Below the pieces are notes generated by a model, which was given only the letters and a program-made list of their open reading frames with translations, was not told the DNA's origin and ran no database searches. Made by a program: the position numbers and the translations under genes. From assembly GCA_965221125.1 (NCBI GenBank), contig CBDCRW010000002.1:1-64000 (forward strand): 64,000 nucleotides of DNA. The letters are read 5' to 3'. The DNA is from Alphaproteobacteria bacterium. Its GTDB lineage: Bacteria > Pseudomonadota > Alphaproteobacteria > UBA828. Below, piece after piece: positions 50,109-61,097 of the stretch; position 1 is the first letter of the stretch, and each line of letters begins with the position of its first letter.

Positions 50109-50744
50109 CTACGAACTCTCCGGCGGCGGGTCCGGCCCCGCCCGTTGTTGGAACTGCGGTTTGCGATTCCCCACGTCGATGCCGTGGGGTTGGAAGCCCA
50201 GAGGCGCGGGTAGCGTCCGGAGCTGCCCGGCGACCAGGCCGCGCAGTTCCATCAACGCGCTGTCGCTCTTCAGACGCTCGCGCACCGCGCTCATGGTGGG
50301 CGCGCAGCCCGCGAGCAGGTCGGGGATCAGGCCGATGACGCGCACAAGCGCGTCGTGCACAAGCTTCAGCCTGCGGCGGATCCAACGCACGGCGCCGGGA
50401 AGCTCGATGGCGTCCTCGTCCTCGGGGCAGCGCACCTCGTCCGCTGCCTCCTCCAGGCTGCCGGCCTCCTCCGCCACGACAACAACCGCTTCCAGCGCAT
50501 CGAGCGTGCCCGGCAGCCGCGCCGCCAGACAGTCGGCCAGCAGGCCGATGGTCGTATGGCTCTCACGGCAATACCAGCGAGGAACCCTTGCGCCGGGCGG
50601 GGTCTTCCGCTCGTAGGTGCCGTGGCTTGCCACAGAACATCCGCCGTGCGGGTGATTCGGGCAGCGCTCAAGCCTTGCGTCGCGCCACGCCTCGGTCTTA
50701 ACGTATTCCTCGCTGGTGAGCCCCGTTTCGTAGCGAAGCTGCAC
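50109..50744 (-). CDS. Transposon accessory protein with N-terminal Cys/His cluster
   Basis: CPNHPHGGC...HG.Y.RK...RWYC; first gene of the transposon operon. Confidence 0.65.
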   Translation of the reverse strand: MQLRYETGLTSEEYVKTEAWRDARLERCPNHPHGGCSVASHGTYERKTPPGARVPRWYCRESHTTIGLLADCLAARLPGTLDALEAVVVVAEEAGSLEEAADEVRCPEDEDAIELPGAVRWIRRRLKLVHDALVRVIGLIPDLLAGCAPTMSAVRERLKSDSALMELRGLVAGQLRTLPAPLGFQPHGIDVGNRKPQFQQRAGPDPPPESS

Positions 50745-50833
50745 CGGCCCTGGCCCGGCGGGAGTTCCGTCCCCCGGGCCTCTCTTTGTCGTTCAGTGAG
50801 AGGCCAAGATTACGGACGCTCCCCGCCGCCGCC

Positions 50834-50967
50834 AAGCTGTGGAGCCGTGGACGCGTCCTGCGGACCGATCGGCGTCCTGCGGACCGTGTGGACAGCCCGT
50901 GGACAAGCTGGCGCTTGCCCACCGCCTGACCACACTCGCCGATCTCGCGCCCACCGCTCCACAGCTT
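50834..50967. repeat. Multi-stem palindrome in the transposon 5' non-coding region
   Basis: AAGCTGTGGAGC...GCTCCACAGCTT closing stem with internal GTGG/CCAC pairs. Confidence 0.7.
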
Positions 50968-51113
50968 CAACAGCAATGAGGATTCTGCTGAGGATCAAAA
51001 AAATGCCGCAGGCAGCGTCCTTCCCGCACTCGGCCACCATCCCGGGAAATCCACCAACCAATCAAAGTGAGAAAAAAACCCGTGCTTCTATCCGGCTAGA
51101 CCGGAAAACAACA

Positions 51114-54100
51114 ATAGGCCCCTAGCAGCAGCAGAGCGCAACTCTTCGTCGACTGCGCAATTCGTTCCATCGCCGCGACCACTGCGGCGACCTGTCCATG
51201 AATCGCAAGTAGAACGCAAGCAGAGGCGGCCAAAGGTGGCCCAAGTTGCAAAAGAAGCTTGGCAGTGATCGCATCTAGAATGTCGCTTTCGACCACATCC
51301 GCCCGGCTCAAGGCGTCGATGGCGTCGACGCGGACCCAACGGAGCTGATCAACGAACGATAGGGCCCATATTGCTTTGCGGATCGCTGGGCCGCAGCATT
51401 GCGCAGCAGTGTTGAGTGCGACAATGCCGAGCGAGCGATCGTCCGTGCGCTCGGCTCGCAACAACAGCGTTTCTCCGATTTCATCTGATAGGCTGCCGTA
51501 GGCAGCCAGCCCGACTATCGCCTCGCGCGCGATCGGATAAGATGGCGGCTCATTGTAGAAGGCTTCGGCGTCGGACCAATTGTCGTCGATCAATCGGAGT
51601 AGCACGTTCATATGATGCCCATGAGGCCGGTCCGTAAGAATGTCGACTAGGCTGCGGCGAACTCGGCTACTGGGATCGGTCGCCATATATAGAAGTCGCT
51701 GCGGCAGCGGGCTTGGCAGGCAGTTGGCGAGATAGACGAGCGCCGCCTCGCGAGCATCCGCACGCGCATGGTCAAGTGCGAGCCACACAAGCTCTTCGTT
51801 CCGAATGCAAATTGCTGCCTCGACGGCAGCTTTCGCGAGTTTACGGTCCTCGGTCTCCGCGAGCCATCGCCGAATGACTGCCGCTGGAGTGGAACCACTG
51901 ACGATCATCATCGGTACGATCTTGTCGAGGATAATGGGCGGTACCATCTCCGCAGCCTCATTCAACAGATGAAGAGTCGTCTGGCCGACAGGGCGTGGAG
52001 GTTCGTCCTTGATGGATAGAGCCTGGAAAATCTCTTTGCCAGCACTCGAGATCGACTTCAGGACGTGCCTCGCTCGCCGCGCGCGCTTCTTGCGGGAGAT
52101 CCGGAGATGCGCCGCATGCGTATCCACTAGTAGGTGGACGAAATCTGCCGGTGCGGTAGACAATCTCTCCAAGCAGAGGCCAAGCGTCGCTGGCGATTTC
52201 TTCAAGGCGCAATAGATAAGTGAATGGCGCAAGCGATCGTCGTCCGGATTGGAAAGGAGCCGCTCTTCAAGGTCGGAGGCCAGCGTAGATTGCCAATGCT
52301 GGCGCGCAGCTTCCCAAGCATGCTGTTCGTCATCGCCCGGCTGCGTGACAGCGATGACGCTCCGAAGCTCCTCCGGCGACACCGACCGGCTCGTGTGTGA
52401 GATGTCCTGGGCCCAAGCACGGCCCAGTTCCAATATTCGGGAGTGTTTTGCCAAGGATTTCCAGTGGCCTAGCGACCTAACCTGTCTTACGTAGGCTTCA
52501 ACGAAAGTACTCGCCGCATAACCGTCATCTTGGTGCTGCCATTGATAGCCTTCCTTAAAAGCTACATCGCATTCTCCGTCTTCGATCGCCCGCCATTGAT
52601 TCAGGCCCTCTCGCTCGTGGGATCGACTAACGCGCGCAAGTTCTTCAAGCGCCGCATCAAGCACACCTTCATAGAGATCAAGGTCCCGCACTGCCCCAGC
52701 CGCCACCGCACGGACATTACTAACGAAGCCAGAGTCTACCAGCTTGCGTGCTGCCGCGACGAAGGCCGGCGTGAGGTCGCTCGCGATTCGATCGAGTTGG
52801 TTTGCAAAGTCATCGCCAAAGCCGTCCCGATCCTGCGGCAACAGCTCGCGAACAAACCGATCAGCGATCGCAAAAGACCGTGAATCGGCGGAGACCCGCG
52901 CATACCACGCATCATTGACAGGCGGTGGCTTCCAATCGTCGAGGGAGAATTGACCACCATGCCGGTTGCCATTGATGAACCAGCGCGCAAGTTCTGCCGG
53001 GATCGATATCTGCGTACCCACATCCGACGCCAGTTGCAGCACGGGTCCGAAATCGGCTCGTGGATCAACCAAGCTCTCTTCCAGCCACGCATCGATTGCC
53101 TCATGGCTGGCACTGTCAGCCTCAAATTCCGCATAAGGGCTCTCAATGTCGGAAGTGAGATCGGCGATTGCCTTGAGCGACCGGGCGGCGGTCTCCAGCG
53201 CCCAATCCTGATGCGATCCACCGAGTTGAGTCAAAGCAGAGATCATTGACGTCAAGGCGGCTTCGCTGCGTCCCCAATTCTCTTTTATGAATGTCTCGAA
53301 GCCAGCCCGGACGCTCGGATGAGAGAAGCTGACGGTCTGGCCGGGCTGGCGCAGATGACGCGTGGCGACGAGCCGGTTCACCAGCTTCTCCAGCCCGTCG
53401 AAGAAGGTCGGATCGCCGCTCCGCAGCTGCCGGTTGAGTCTGACCAGCTGATTGCGGTCGAACTGCGATCTCGCTGCCAGCAGTGCCCAGATGATCGCTG
53501 ACGCGCCGGTTTGATCGCTGTCGCTCAGATAGGAGATAACCACATCTTCCACGGCCTCACGATGCGCCAGTGCAAGAGTACGTTTGAAGAAAGCACGGTC
53601 GATCTCACCCGGTTGCGGACGGTCGCCGATGTAGCTGATAAACAACTCGACTTCGAGTGGCGTTTGGAGCGCGTCGAGAGCGCCCGCGCGGAAATCCAGC
53701 GCCTTGGCTTGCAAATCCTTTGCCAACAGCTCGATGCGATTGTCGTAGATTCTTGCGAGTTCACCATCGCGATATTGATCGGCGTCCAGCACGACGGTCC
53801 AACGCTTCAGGCCCTCGCCGGCCCTAGACTGATCCAGCATGTCTGTGCGCGAAGTGACGACGTACTGGTGTCCGGCATGCGCCTCCCGCAACAACCGAGG
53901 AAGCTGCTCGGTCCAGATGTCGGCGCCGACCCGGAGGCTCGACTGCCCCCAAGGATCCTCAACGTAGTAGAGCCTCGGTCCGGTGTCGGAGAGCGCTCGC
54001 GTACTCGACGGACCGTTGTTGACATTGACCTCAATGATTTCAGGCGCTGAAGGTCCCTGTCGTGCCTGATCGACGAGCGCCCGCGCCGTCCAGGTCTTGC

Positions 54101-54908
54101 CTGTACCTGACGGGCCGGCGATAACGAGGGCGTTTTGGCGTTCGAGCAGATCGCTCATGGTTTCGTAGTTCGCTGGCGGCACGAACGACTTGAGCTGCGG
54201 AGCGCTAGCTAGATAACCACCACAGTCGCGAATGACACTCAGCAAGTCCTCGCGCGTCCACTCGCCTACTTCCGTTCCGCGCATGCGCTGAAGTGCCTCG
54301 TCTCTCAACCGCGCACGACATTCTGCTCTCCGGTTCTGGGGTACCCGCAGAAGAGACCCGAGGATTTCGTTTGTTTCCAGATCCAGAAGGCGCTCAGTAA
54401 GAACGCCCCAGATAGCGACCCGACCCTCTGGTCTATAGGGTAAGGTTTCTGATAGGAGAGCTGGAAAAGTCTGCTCTTCCGGCCATTCTTCCAAGCCCTG
54501 TACGCCCAGGTTGCGAGCCTCCCCAGTTGTGTCAGCGTTGGTGATCAACAAATAACGCGTGCCGGGATGGTCAAGATGGCATCTGGCCGGTTCCCGAGTC
54601 GTACCGCGTTTGAGCAGGGCATCGAAGTCGGCGATCGACCACGGGCCACTGTTGCGGAGCTTCACCTGCACGACAAGCTTGTAGCCCGCCGCCATATTCG
54701 CGCTAGGCCGCACCCGGCCCGGCGTAGCTGGTTCAAGGTCCGCCGCCAGATCTTCCTCGTTAGCGGGTTCGAGTGTGATCTGGGTCGCCGACTTCGTGAT
54801 CAGCATCAATTGCAGGGCTATCAACACCGAGACACCGAGCTGGTACTCAAAGCCGTCGAGCGCTGCTTTAGCCCCGCCTGCTGCAGATGTTGGAGCTCGC
54901 GATTTCAA
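51114..54908 (-). pseudogene. PD-(D/E)xK-like nuclease plus STAND NTPase (nSTAND3-like) plus helical repeats; transposon-interrupted near the 3' end
   Basis: GFEYQ...LE...ED...QVK N-terminus; GPSGTGKT, YVEDPWG and VTSR; HEAT-like C-terminus. Confidence 0.75.
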
Positions 54909-55189
54909 ATCCGTACGTCCATCAATGATGATTGATCATCAATAGGGATATGTAACAACAGTTCAACTCGGCTTCTTTCGTGCACGGCCAGAACTTCCTC
55001 ATTCTCTTTGTGTAGGAGAGAGCAACGTTCTCATGATCGAGCATCCATTCATACCGTAAGTGCACCGTCGTTCAAGTATGACGACACGGTCCCTCCAAAC
55101 GGCTAGCCCATGGGCCTTCGGGGGGAGGGGTACCAGCATCATCGACGCCAGCGCGCAACCAGACCGGAACGAGCTGCGTAAGCAGCCTC

Positions 55190-55589
55190 AACCGCGCGCT
55201 GCGCGCGCTCCCAAACGAGATGGCCGACGACGTCTAGGTCCGCCGCCTTGAGGCCGGCGCAGGGAAGATGCGCAGTTTCGCTCCCTTCCCCTACTCCGCC
55301 CGCTCCTGGGGCCGCGAACGCCGAATCATCGCCCGGCTCGAGGCGAGCACCCGCGTCCGCATCCACTTCGCCTCGGCCTGTCCCGACGCCGCCCTCTTCT
55401 GCTTGTTCGCAGGTCGCCTCGCCGCAGCAGGCCCCTGAGCACTGGGACGGCGTGCCCCCGATCACCCAAGCTCGTTCGACCCTCAAACCAATCACGACCA
55501 TCCTAAGTTCCCGCCGCCAAACCGCGTTAGGACCCGACGCGCCCAATTGATCGAGCCTCGAGCGCAAGGCCGCCCGTGAATAGGTCGGG
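55190..55589 (+). mobile_element. Internally deleted IS1380-family remnant
   Basis: YSARSWGRERRIIARLEA joined to RIHFASACPDAALF...AAGP*, with an internal TAG; end-like GTGAATAGGTCGGG. Confidence 0.6.
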
Positions 55590-55794
55590 TTAGTGCGAAC
55601 ACGGCCTGTGCGCCCCTTTTTCAACTCGTCCAAATGAACAAGCGAAATTCCCTTCTATCTCAGCCAGTTGTTTGCTATGCATCTTCCCGTCCAGCAATCT
55701 TCCGCTCGCTGGCCCACGCAAGCCTGGGCGACGCATTCAGAGCACTAGACTGGGTTGCCCCAAGATCTTCTCGACACGGTGAAAGTAAGGTGAA

Positions 55795-58700
55795 ATGACG
55801 ATATCTTTCGCGGAAGCAACACAGACGCTGCTCGCGGGTGAGCCGCTAGCATGGAGCGGATTTGAAGGCCACGCAGCGGGATCCCTTACCTTAACCTCAT
55901 CTGGCCAGAGACGCCTCTTCGCATTCCTCATGAGCCAAGACCGTGCGAAAGTCGCTCGCGGCGATGAAAGTCTCTTTGCTGGACTAACTTCGGCCTGGAA
56001 CAACGAGGGCTCAGATCCAGCCTCGACCGCAACCACTAAGACTCAAGCGTCACCTACGGATGTATGGAGATTAGATAAAATCGAAGCATCCGGTTTCGGT
56101 GGCCTGACGCTCTGTGGTGGGCCCACATTTGAACTGCGAACGAATGGTCGGAACTGGTGTCTGAATGGACAGAACGGCTCGGGAAAGACTTCCATAGTTA
56201 GCGCTATCCTGTGGGCACTAACAGGTCAGCGCATCCGCGAGCAAGATGGCCCAATCAAAGAGAACGGTGAACGCTCTGCAGTCATCAACAAGGCCGGAAC
56301 GATAATTGGCACTTGGCCTTCTTTCGCGTCATATCCAGCAGAAGAACATCAATTGGCCAATTCGGTCGAGGTCTGGGTGCGGCTAACCTTTGTGAACCAA
56401 AATGGCGAAGCTGCTAGTGCCTTTCGGCGAATGGTGTGTCCGACAGCCGGAGACTCCATTACAGATACTACGATCGATCCCAGGTTACTAAGCGCCCCTC
56501 AGTTGTTAGAATCAGGCTTGCTAATGCCAGCACGGTTGGCCGGAATCGGGTTTGGCGAAAAGAGTAGTTCGTTGTATGAAGCAGTTAAAATGCTCACTGG
56601 TCTTGACCAACTATCCGATGTTGCCGAAGGGAGCAGCCAATTTACGCACCGAGGTAGACGTTTCCTCAAGTACGGCAAGGATAGCGGTCTCGATCGTTGG
56701 AGTGACACGTTTGTTGACGAGATGACTAAGGCAGTTGAGACAGCGGAAGCGCTGCGCTTCAAGCTGCCCGTCAATCGACAGTTGGGCAACAATACTCTTG
56801 TCTCTGATCTTCAACACGCTGCCAAGAATGCCTCGGATCAAGCAGCCACTCATTTTCGCGCTCTAAAGTCTGATATTGCACCCGATATTGATACATCTAC
56901 CGCCGAGGATCGTGAGACAGTGCGCAATGCGGTAGCAACAGCCCGAATGCTTGTGAACCAGGGCACAAAGGGCGTCTCACTGTTCGATGCATGGACAGCC
57001 CTGGAAGAAGCTAGCGAGGATACGAACTGGGCGAAACTTCCCAATGCCATTGCAAATGCCCGTATCATGTTGAAGTCTGCTATCAACTGGCACACGATGC
57101 AAATGGCCGACGAGAAATTCAGACTCAAGGCCTTAGCAGCACAATATTTCGTTCCTCCGCACCGTCATTCCGATTCTGCTCGGTGTCCTTTGTGTGAGGG
57201 GCTCTTGTCCACCAAGGAGCAGGAGGCATTAGCAGCACAACTGACTGAACTTCAGAAGGACGCCGAAGAAGCGGAACGCAAGCTGGACGATGTTTGTCGG
57301 CGCTTGGAAGCCGATTTGCTGGATTGTTTTCCGCGAGGGATGAAACAGCACCGTGACCGTCTAGCTACCATGAATCCAAGGAAGAGTTACGGTATTGCTG
57401 CTCGCGAACGCTTCTGTGAGCAACCTCCCTTCGTTGATGTTCTTGTAGCACTCTCGGCGCATAATCGGACCAAGATTGAAGAACAGGAGGCTTTGCTACC
57501 TGAGTTTGAGTTTTCTAAATTTGAAGAGGATGAGAAAGGGGAGTCTGAAAGCGTTGCCCGCTTGCGCCGTAGTTTCCATAGCATAGATCGGCTCTTGGCG
57601 CTCGTTGCTTGGTGGAGTCAACATCGTGAGAACTTTCGGGCGGCATGGGCGGAACTTATCGGGATCGTACCAGATGACTATGAAGGTCCGGCCTTAGGTA
57701 TTGTTGCCCGGATTGATTTGCTTGAGGAAGCGCTGTCCAAGGCTGCCCCGGCGGACCAGCTAGCCAAGTCTCTTCTTGGTGCCGCGGTAGCGGCAGAGAA
57801 GTGGGCGGAGATCAGAAAGGTGCAGGACTTACGTGAGGAAATCGCCAAAGCGTTACAGCCCCTCAAGGACCTGCGCCATTTAGTAGGGGCCGAGACGGCC
57901 CGCTCTATTGCGAACCTGTCGGGTCGGATAAGAGATATCGTGGAGCGAATCCATCTCAGGGAACGTTTGATATACGAGCAAACTTCACTTGGGAGGAAAG
58001 TTGTACATGTAGGAGGTAGTTTTGCACCAGGCCTGCAAATAGATGCGGCTCTAGTCGCTAACTCATCGTGGATACGAGCCATTTTGTGGGCTTTTATCTT
58101 TGCTCTGCGGGAAGAAGCAATCGAGACCCTTAATGCCAACCCGTTTCCGTTGATGGTACTCGATGATCCTCAAGCAAGCTTTGATCCTCGCAACAAGCGC
58201 AAATGGGCAGAGGAGCTAGCTCGCCTGGCCAACATGGGCCGAACGTGCACGCAGGGGGTGCAACTCTTCCTAGTTACGCACGAACGCCAATTCTACCAAT
58301 GCATGGTGGATGTGGAGCGACTGGAAGGAGAGCAGGGTTTAATCGGCGGTGTCAACAGCACTGCCGGCGTCGTTACCATCGTAAATGCCGGATGGCTTCA
58401 GCGAGCGTGGCAGGAGGCAAGTGAAAATAACGACGATTCGCGCGCGCGTGATTACATATCTGACGTCCGAATCTATTGTGAAGATCTTCTCAAATTTATG
58501 TTGAGAGGTGAGGGTCCAGACATTCCACATTTCAGTTTAGGCGGGCTGATAAGGAAACTCAAGGATTTGCATGACGATCATGTGCCACCTTTTGATCGAA
58601 AAGTATTTTCACAACTCATCAATACGTTTTGTGGTGGTGGCGGCAAGCCGATGAACTTGATAAATGAGACTCACCACAAAGACGATGAGAGCATTGGATT

Positions 58701-59682
58701 AGCGCAAGCAAGTGAAGTAAAGAACTTTTGGGAAGGCAAGTTAATGGGGCAGATTCACGACGCTTTTGCAGTCTATGATCGCTATGAGTCCTTTTATGGT
58801 GAACCGAGGACGTTTCCCTGGGCCAAGACAGTGGTCGATTTCCCGATTGGCTTCCGAGACGAGTTGAGAGAGGTGGCGTTGCAGCAGTCAGGGATTGCCG
58901 CCGCGGCAAGAACTGACGGCAGGGCTGGCGACGGTGTTATGACCATCACGGAATGGGATGCCGCCAGTACGGTTGCTTTACCAAATCATGAAGTGTTTCA
59001 GCTGGCGGCTGGAACTCTAGAGCCGGTCGCGAGTCTGGGCGATTTGCTGATAGTGTGTAATCATGCGAAAGTGAATCCTCGCAATTTGGTTGTTGCAGCA
59101 CACGGAGATGCGTTGTTAGCTCGTCGCTACAACGAGATGGGCGAGCATCCCGAGATTGCGGTACTGACTGGAGAGGTAGTTGACCCGTATTCTCTACCAG
59201 AGCCATTGATTATCGCACCGAACACAACGAAGTTGCGCAAAGTTGTTGGAACCCTTTTTGCCGCACATCAGCTGCCGGTTCCCGCCATTGAGGAGAATGC
59301 AGAGATTGTGCCACTCAGAGACCCGACAGTTCCAAGACGAATCCTCCAGGGTGCGCGTTTATTTCAAGTTGAAGGACGGAGCGCGGAACCCATTGCATTA
59401 GATGGCCAGTTCTTGATCACCAGCGATGTGGAGTTGGGCATCGAACACGTTCGGACATTGGACGGTCGACTTGTAGTTGCGATCGATGAAGATGGCACAA
59501 GGTACTTTAAGAGATTGCGCTGCATAAGGGAAGTTGTGGTATTGGAAAGCCTGAATCAGGATGGCAGTACAAGTAGCGAGTTGTTGGGCTTAGACGGAAG
59601 CAGCGGGCTGCCAATGCTATCTCACGTACGCGAAGTTGTTGGGGTATTGTTTGAGGTGAACAGTGGGAATATTAGTGCTTGA
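55795..59682 (+). CDS. SMC/Rad50-like ABC ATPase with zinc hook, helical HEPN-like region and two C-terminal S24 peptidase-like domains
   Basis: GQNGSGKTS, coiled coils around CPLC, LDDPQASFD and VTHE; AGTLEPVASLGDLLIV and VEGRSAEPIALDGQFLI...YFKRL. Confidence 0.8.
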   Translation: MTISFAEATQTLLAGEPLAWSGFEGHAAGSLTLTSSGQRRLFAFLMSQDRAKVARGDESLFAGLTSAWNNEGSDPASTATTKTQASPTDVWRLDKIEASGFGGLTLCGGPTFELRTNGRNWCLNGQNGSGKTSIVSAILWALTGQRIREQDGPIKENGERSAVINKAGTIIGTWPSFASYPAEEHQLANSVEVWVRLTFVNQNGEAASAFRRMVCPTAGDSITDTTIDPRLLSAPQLLESGLLMPARLAGIGFGEKSSSLYEAVKMLTGLDQLSDVAEGSSQFTHRGRRFLKYGKDSGLDRWSDTFVDEMTKAVETAEALRFKLPVNRQLGNNTLVSDLQHAAKNASDQAATHFRALKSDIAPDIDTSTAEDRETVRNAVATARMLVNQGTKGVSLFDAWTALEEASEDTNWAKLPNAIANARIMLKSAINWHTMQMADEKFRLKALAAQYFVPPHRHSDSARCPLCEGLLSTKEQEALAAQLTELQKDAEEAERKLDDVCRRLEADLLDCFPRGMKQHRDRLATMNPRKSYGIAARERFCEQPPFVDVLVALSAHNRTKIEEQEALLPEFEFSKFEEDEKGESESVARLRRSFHSIDRLLALVAWWSQHRENFRAAWAELIGIVPDDYEGPALGIVARIDLLEEALSKAAPADQLAKSLLGAAVAAEKWAEIRKVQDLREEIAKALQPLKDLRHLVGAETARSIANLSGRIRDIVERIHLRERLIYEQTSLGRKVVHVGGSFAPGLQIDAALVANSSWIRAILWAFIFALREEAIETLNANPFPLMVLDDPQASFDPRNKRKWAEELARLANMGRTCTQGVQLFLVTHERQFYQCMVDVERLEGEQGLIGGVNSTAGVVTIVNAGWLQRAWQEASENNDDSRARDYISDVRIYCEDLLKFMLRGEGPDIPHFSLGGLIRKLKDLHDDHVPPFDRKVFSQLINTFCGGGGKPMNLINETHHKDDESIGLAQASEVKNFWEGKLMGQIHDAFAVYDRYESFYGEPRTFPWAKTVVDFPIGFRDELREVALQQSGIAAAARTDGRAGDGVMTITEWDAASTVALPNHEVFQLAAGTLEPVASLGDLLIVCNHAKVNPRNLVVAAHGDALLARRYNEMGEHPEIAVLTGEVVDPYSLPEPLIIAPNTTKLRKVVGTLFAAHQLPVPAIEENAEIVPLRDPTVPRRILQGARLFQVEGRSAEPIALDGQFLITSDVELGIEHVRTLDGRLVVAIDEDGTRYFKRLRCIREVVVLESLNQDGSTSSELLGLDGSSGLPMLSHVREVVGVLFEVNSGNISA

Positions 59683-59769
59683 GTATGTGTGAGACGGCGG
59701 AACATGACGTTGCAAGAGAACCCAGGAATAGTTTACTTCATGGTATCCATCCGAGCAGTACCGCAGCTG

Positions 59770-60016
59770 GTAAGGCACCACCGTCCAGCCGATGGGCCCT
59801 GCGGGAGCTTTCAGCGAGTGACGGAGATCAGGCCGCGAGGTCTTGATACTGTCGGGTCTTCCAGTGCCAAGGTAGGAGTTCCGGCAGGCGGGTCTGCGGC
59901 TGCTCGGCGATGCGATCGAGCACGTCGGCGAGCCAGGCCTGGGGGTCGACGTCGTTGAGCGTGGCGGTGCCGATGAGGGTGTACATCACCGCCGCCCGCT
60001 CGCCGCCGCGGTCCGA
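59770..60016 (-). mobile_element. IS66-family remnant (transposase C-terminus and terminal sequence)
   Basis: SDRGGERAAVMYTLIGTA.LNDVDPQAWLADVL.RI...ELLPW on the minus strand, stop at 59828; GTAA end at 59770. Confidence 0.8.
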
Positions 60017-60830
60017 CGAGGTGCGGTTGATCCCGCCGATCTACGTGAAGCCATTCGTGAAGCGGCAGAAGAACGACGCTACGGACGCGGAGGCGATCTG
60101 CGAGGCGGCGCAGCGTCCGACCATGCGCTTCGTGACGGTGAAGGGGGAAGAGCAGCAGGCCCGGGGCATGCTGTTCCGCACGCGCGACCTGCTGGTGCGC
60201 CAACGCACACAGACGATCAATGCGCTGCGTGCTCACCTGGCGGAGTTCGGCGTTGTCGCTCCGCAGGGGCCGGCCCATGTCCGCCGGTTGGCATCGGCAC
60301 TTGAGGATCCGAGTTCGGGCTTGCCGGGGCCGGTTCGCGAGCTGGGCGCCCTTCTGCTCGATCGGATTGCCGACCTCGATACGAAGATCGCCGGCCTGGA
60401 GAGGGAGATCCGCGCGTGCGCACGCCGGGACGAAGAGGCAGCGCGGCTGATGACGATCCCGGGGACCGGGTCGATCAGCGCGATGGCGCTGCAGGCCTTT
60501 GCGCCGCCGATGGAGAGCTTCCGGCGCGGGCGCGACTTCTCGGCCTGGCTCGGCCTCGTGCCGCGGCAACATACGACGGGCGGCAAGCCACGGCTGGGGA
60601 GGATATCGAAGATGGGTCAGCGCGATCTGAGAAGGTTGCTGATCACGGGCGCCATGGCCGTTGTCAGCTGGGCGGCTCGGCGCGGCGAGACGAGGGACCC
60701 CTGGTTGGCCCGGATGCTCGCACGTAAGCCCAGGCTGCTGGTCGCGGTGGCGCTGGCCAACCGGATGGCGCGCATCGTCTGGGCGCTGATGACGAAGAAG
60801 GAGAGCTACCAGGCACCCGCCTTCGCCTGA
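60017..60830 (+). pseudogene. IS110/IS1111-family transposase, 5'-truncated
   Basis: VKPFVKRQKND..DAEAI and AWLGLVPRQHTTGGK.RLGRISKMG; N-terminal DEDD part missing. Confidence 0.9.
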
Positions 60831-61097
60831 GAGAGCGGCGAAGGCAGGAAGCCGTCGGGGGTGTGAGCAGGTCGGAGGACAGTCAAGGGCAAACGGTCGA
60901 TCGAGACGGGATCGGGAAAACCAGAGTCGGGGTCAGGGGCCTTCAAGCCCGCAATTTTGATCTTGGACTCGGTCCGCGCATCTCCATACGGGCCTGCGGC
61001 GCTGAACCAGCCGCATCATGAGACCGGACAGATGACCGCACCTGACCACATGCCCGAGACGTTCAAAGAAATGCTTGCATCAACGGAGGCGTCCACA
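60831..61097 (+). ncRNA. IS1111-type downstream non-coding region (candidate seek/bridge RNA)
   Basis: About 270-bp non-coding stretch after the transposase, ending in GGAGGCGTCCACA like IS1111 subterminal repeats. Confidence 0.5.

Larger units (their letters stand above)
46493..51113 (-). mobile_element. Mu/Tn7-like DDE transposon with TGTTGTTT...AAACAACA ends and 5-bp target duplication
   Basis: ATAGG at 46488-46492 and 51114-51118; 8-bp terminal inverted repeat; subterminal repeats TTATTTGACG x2 and TCCCAGATT x2. Confidence 0.9.
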
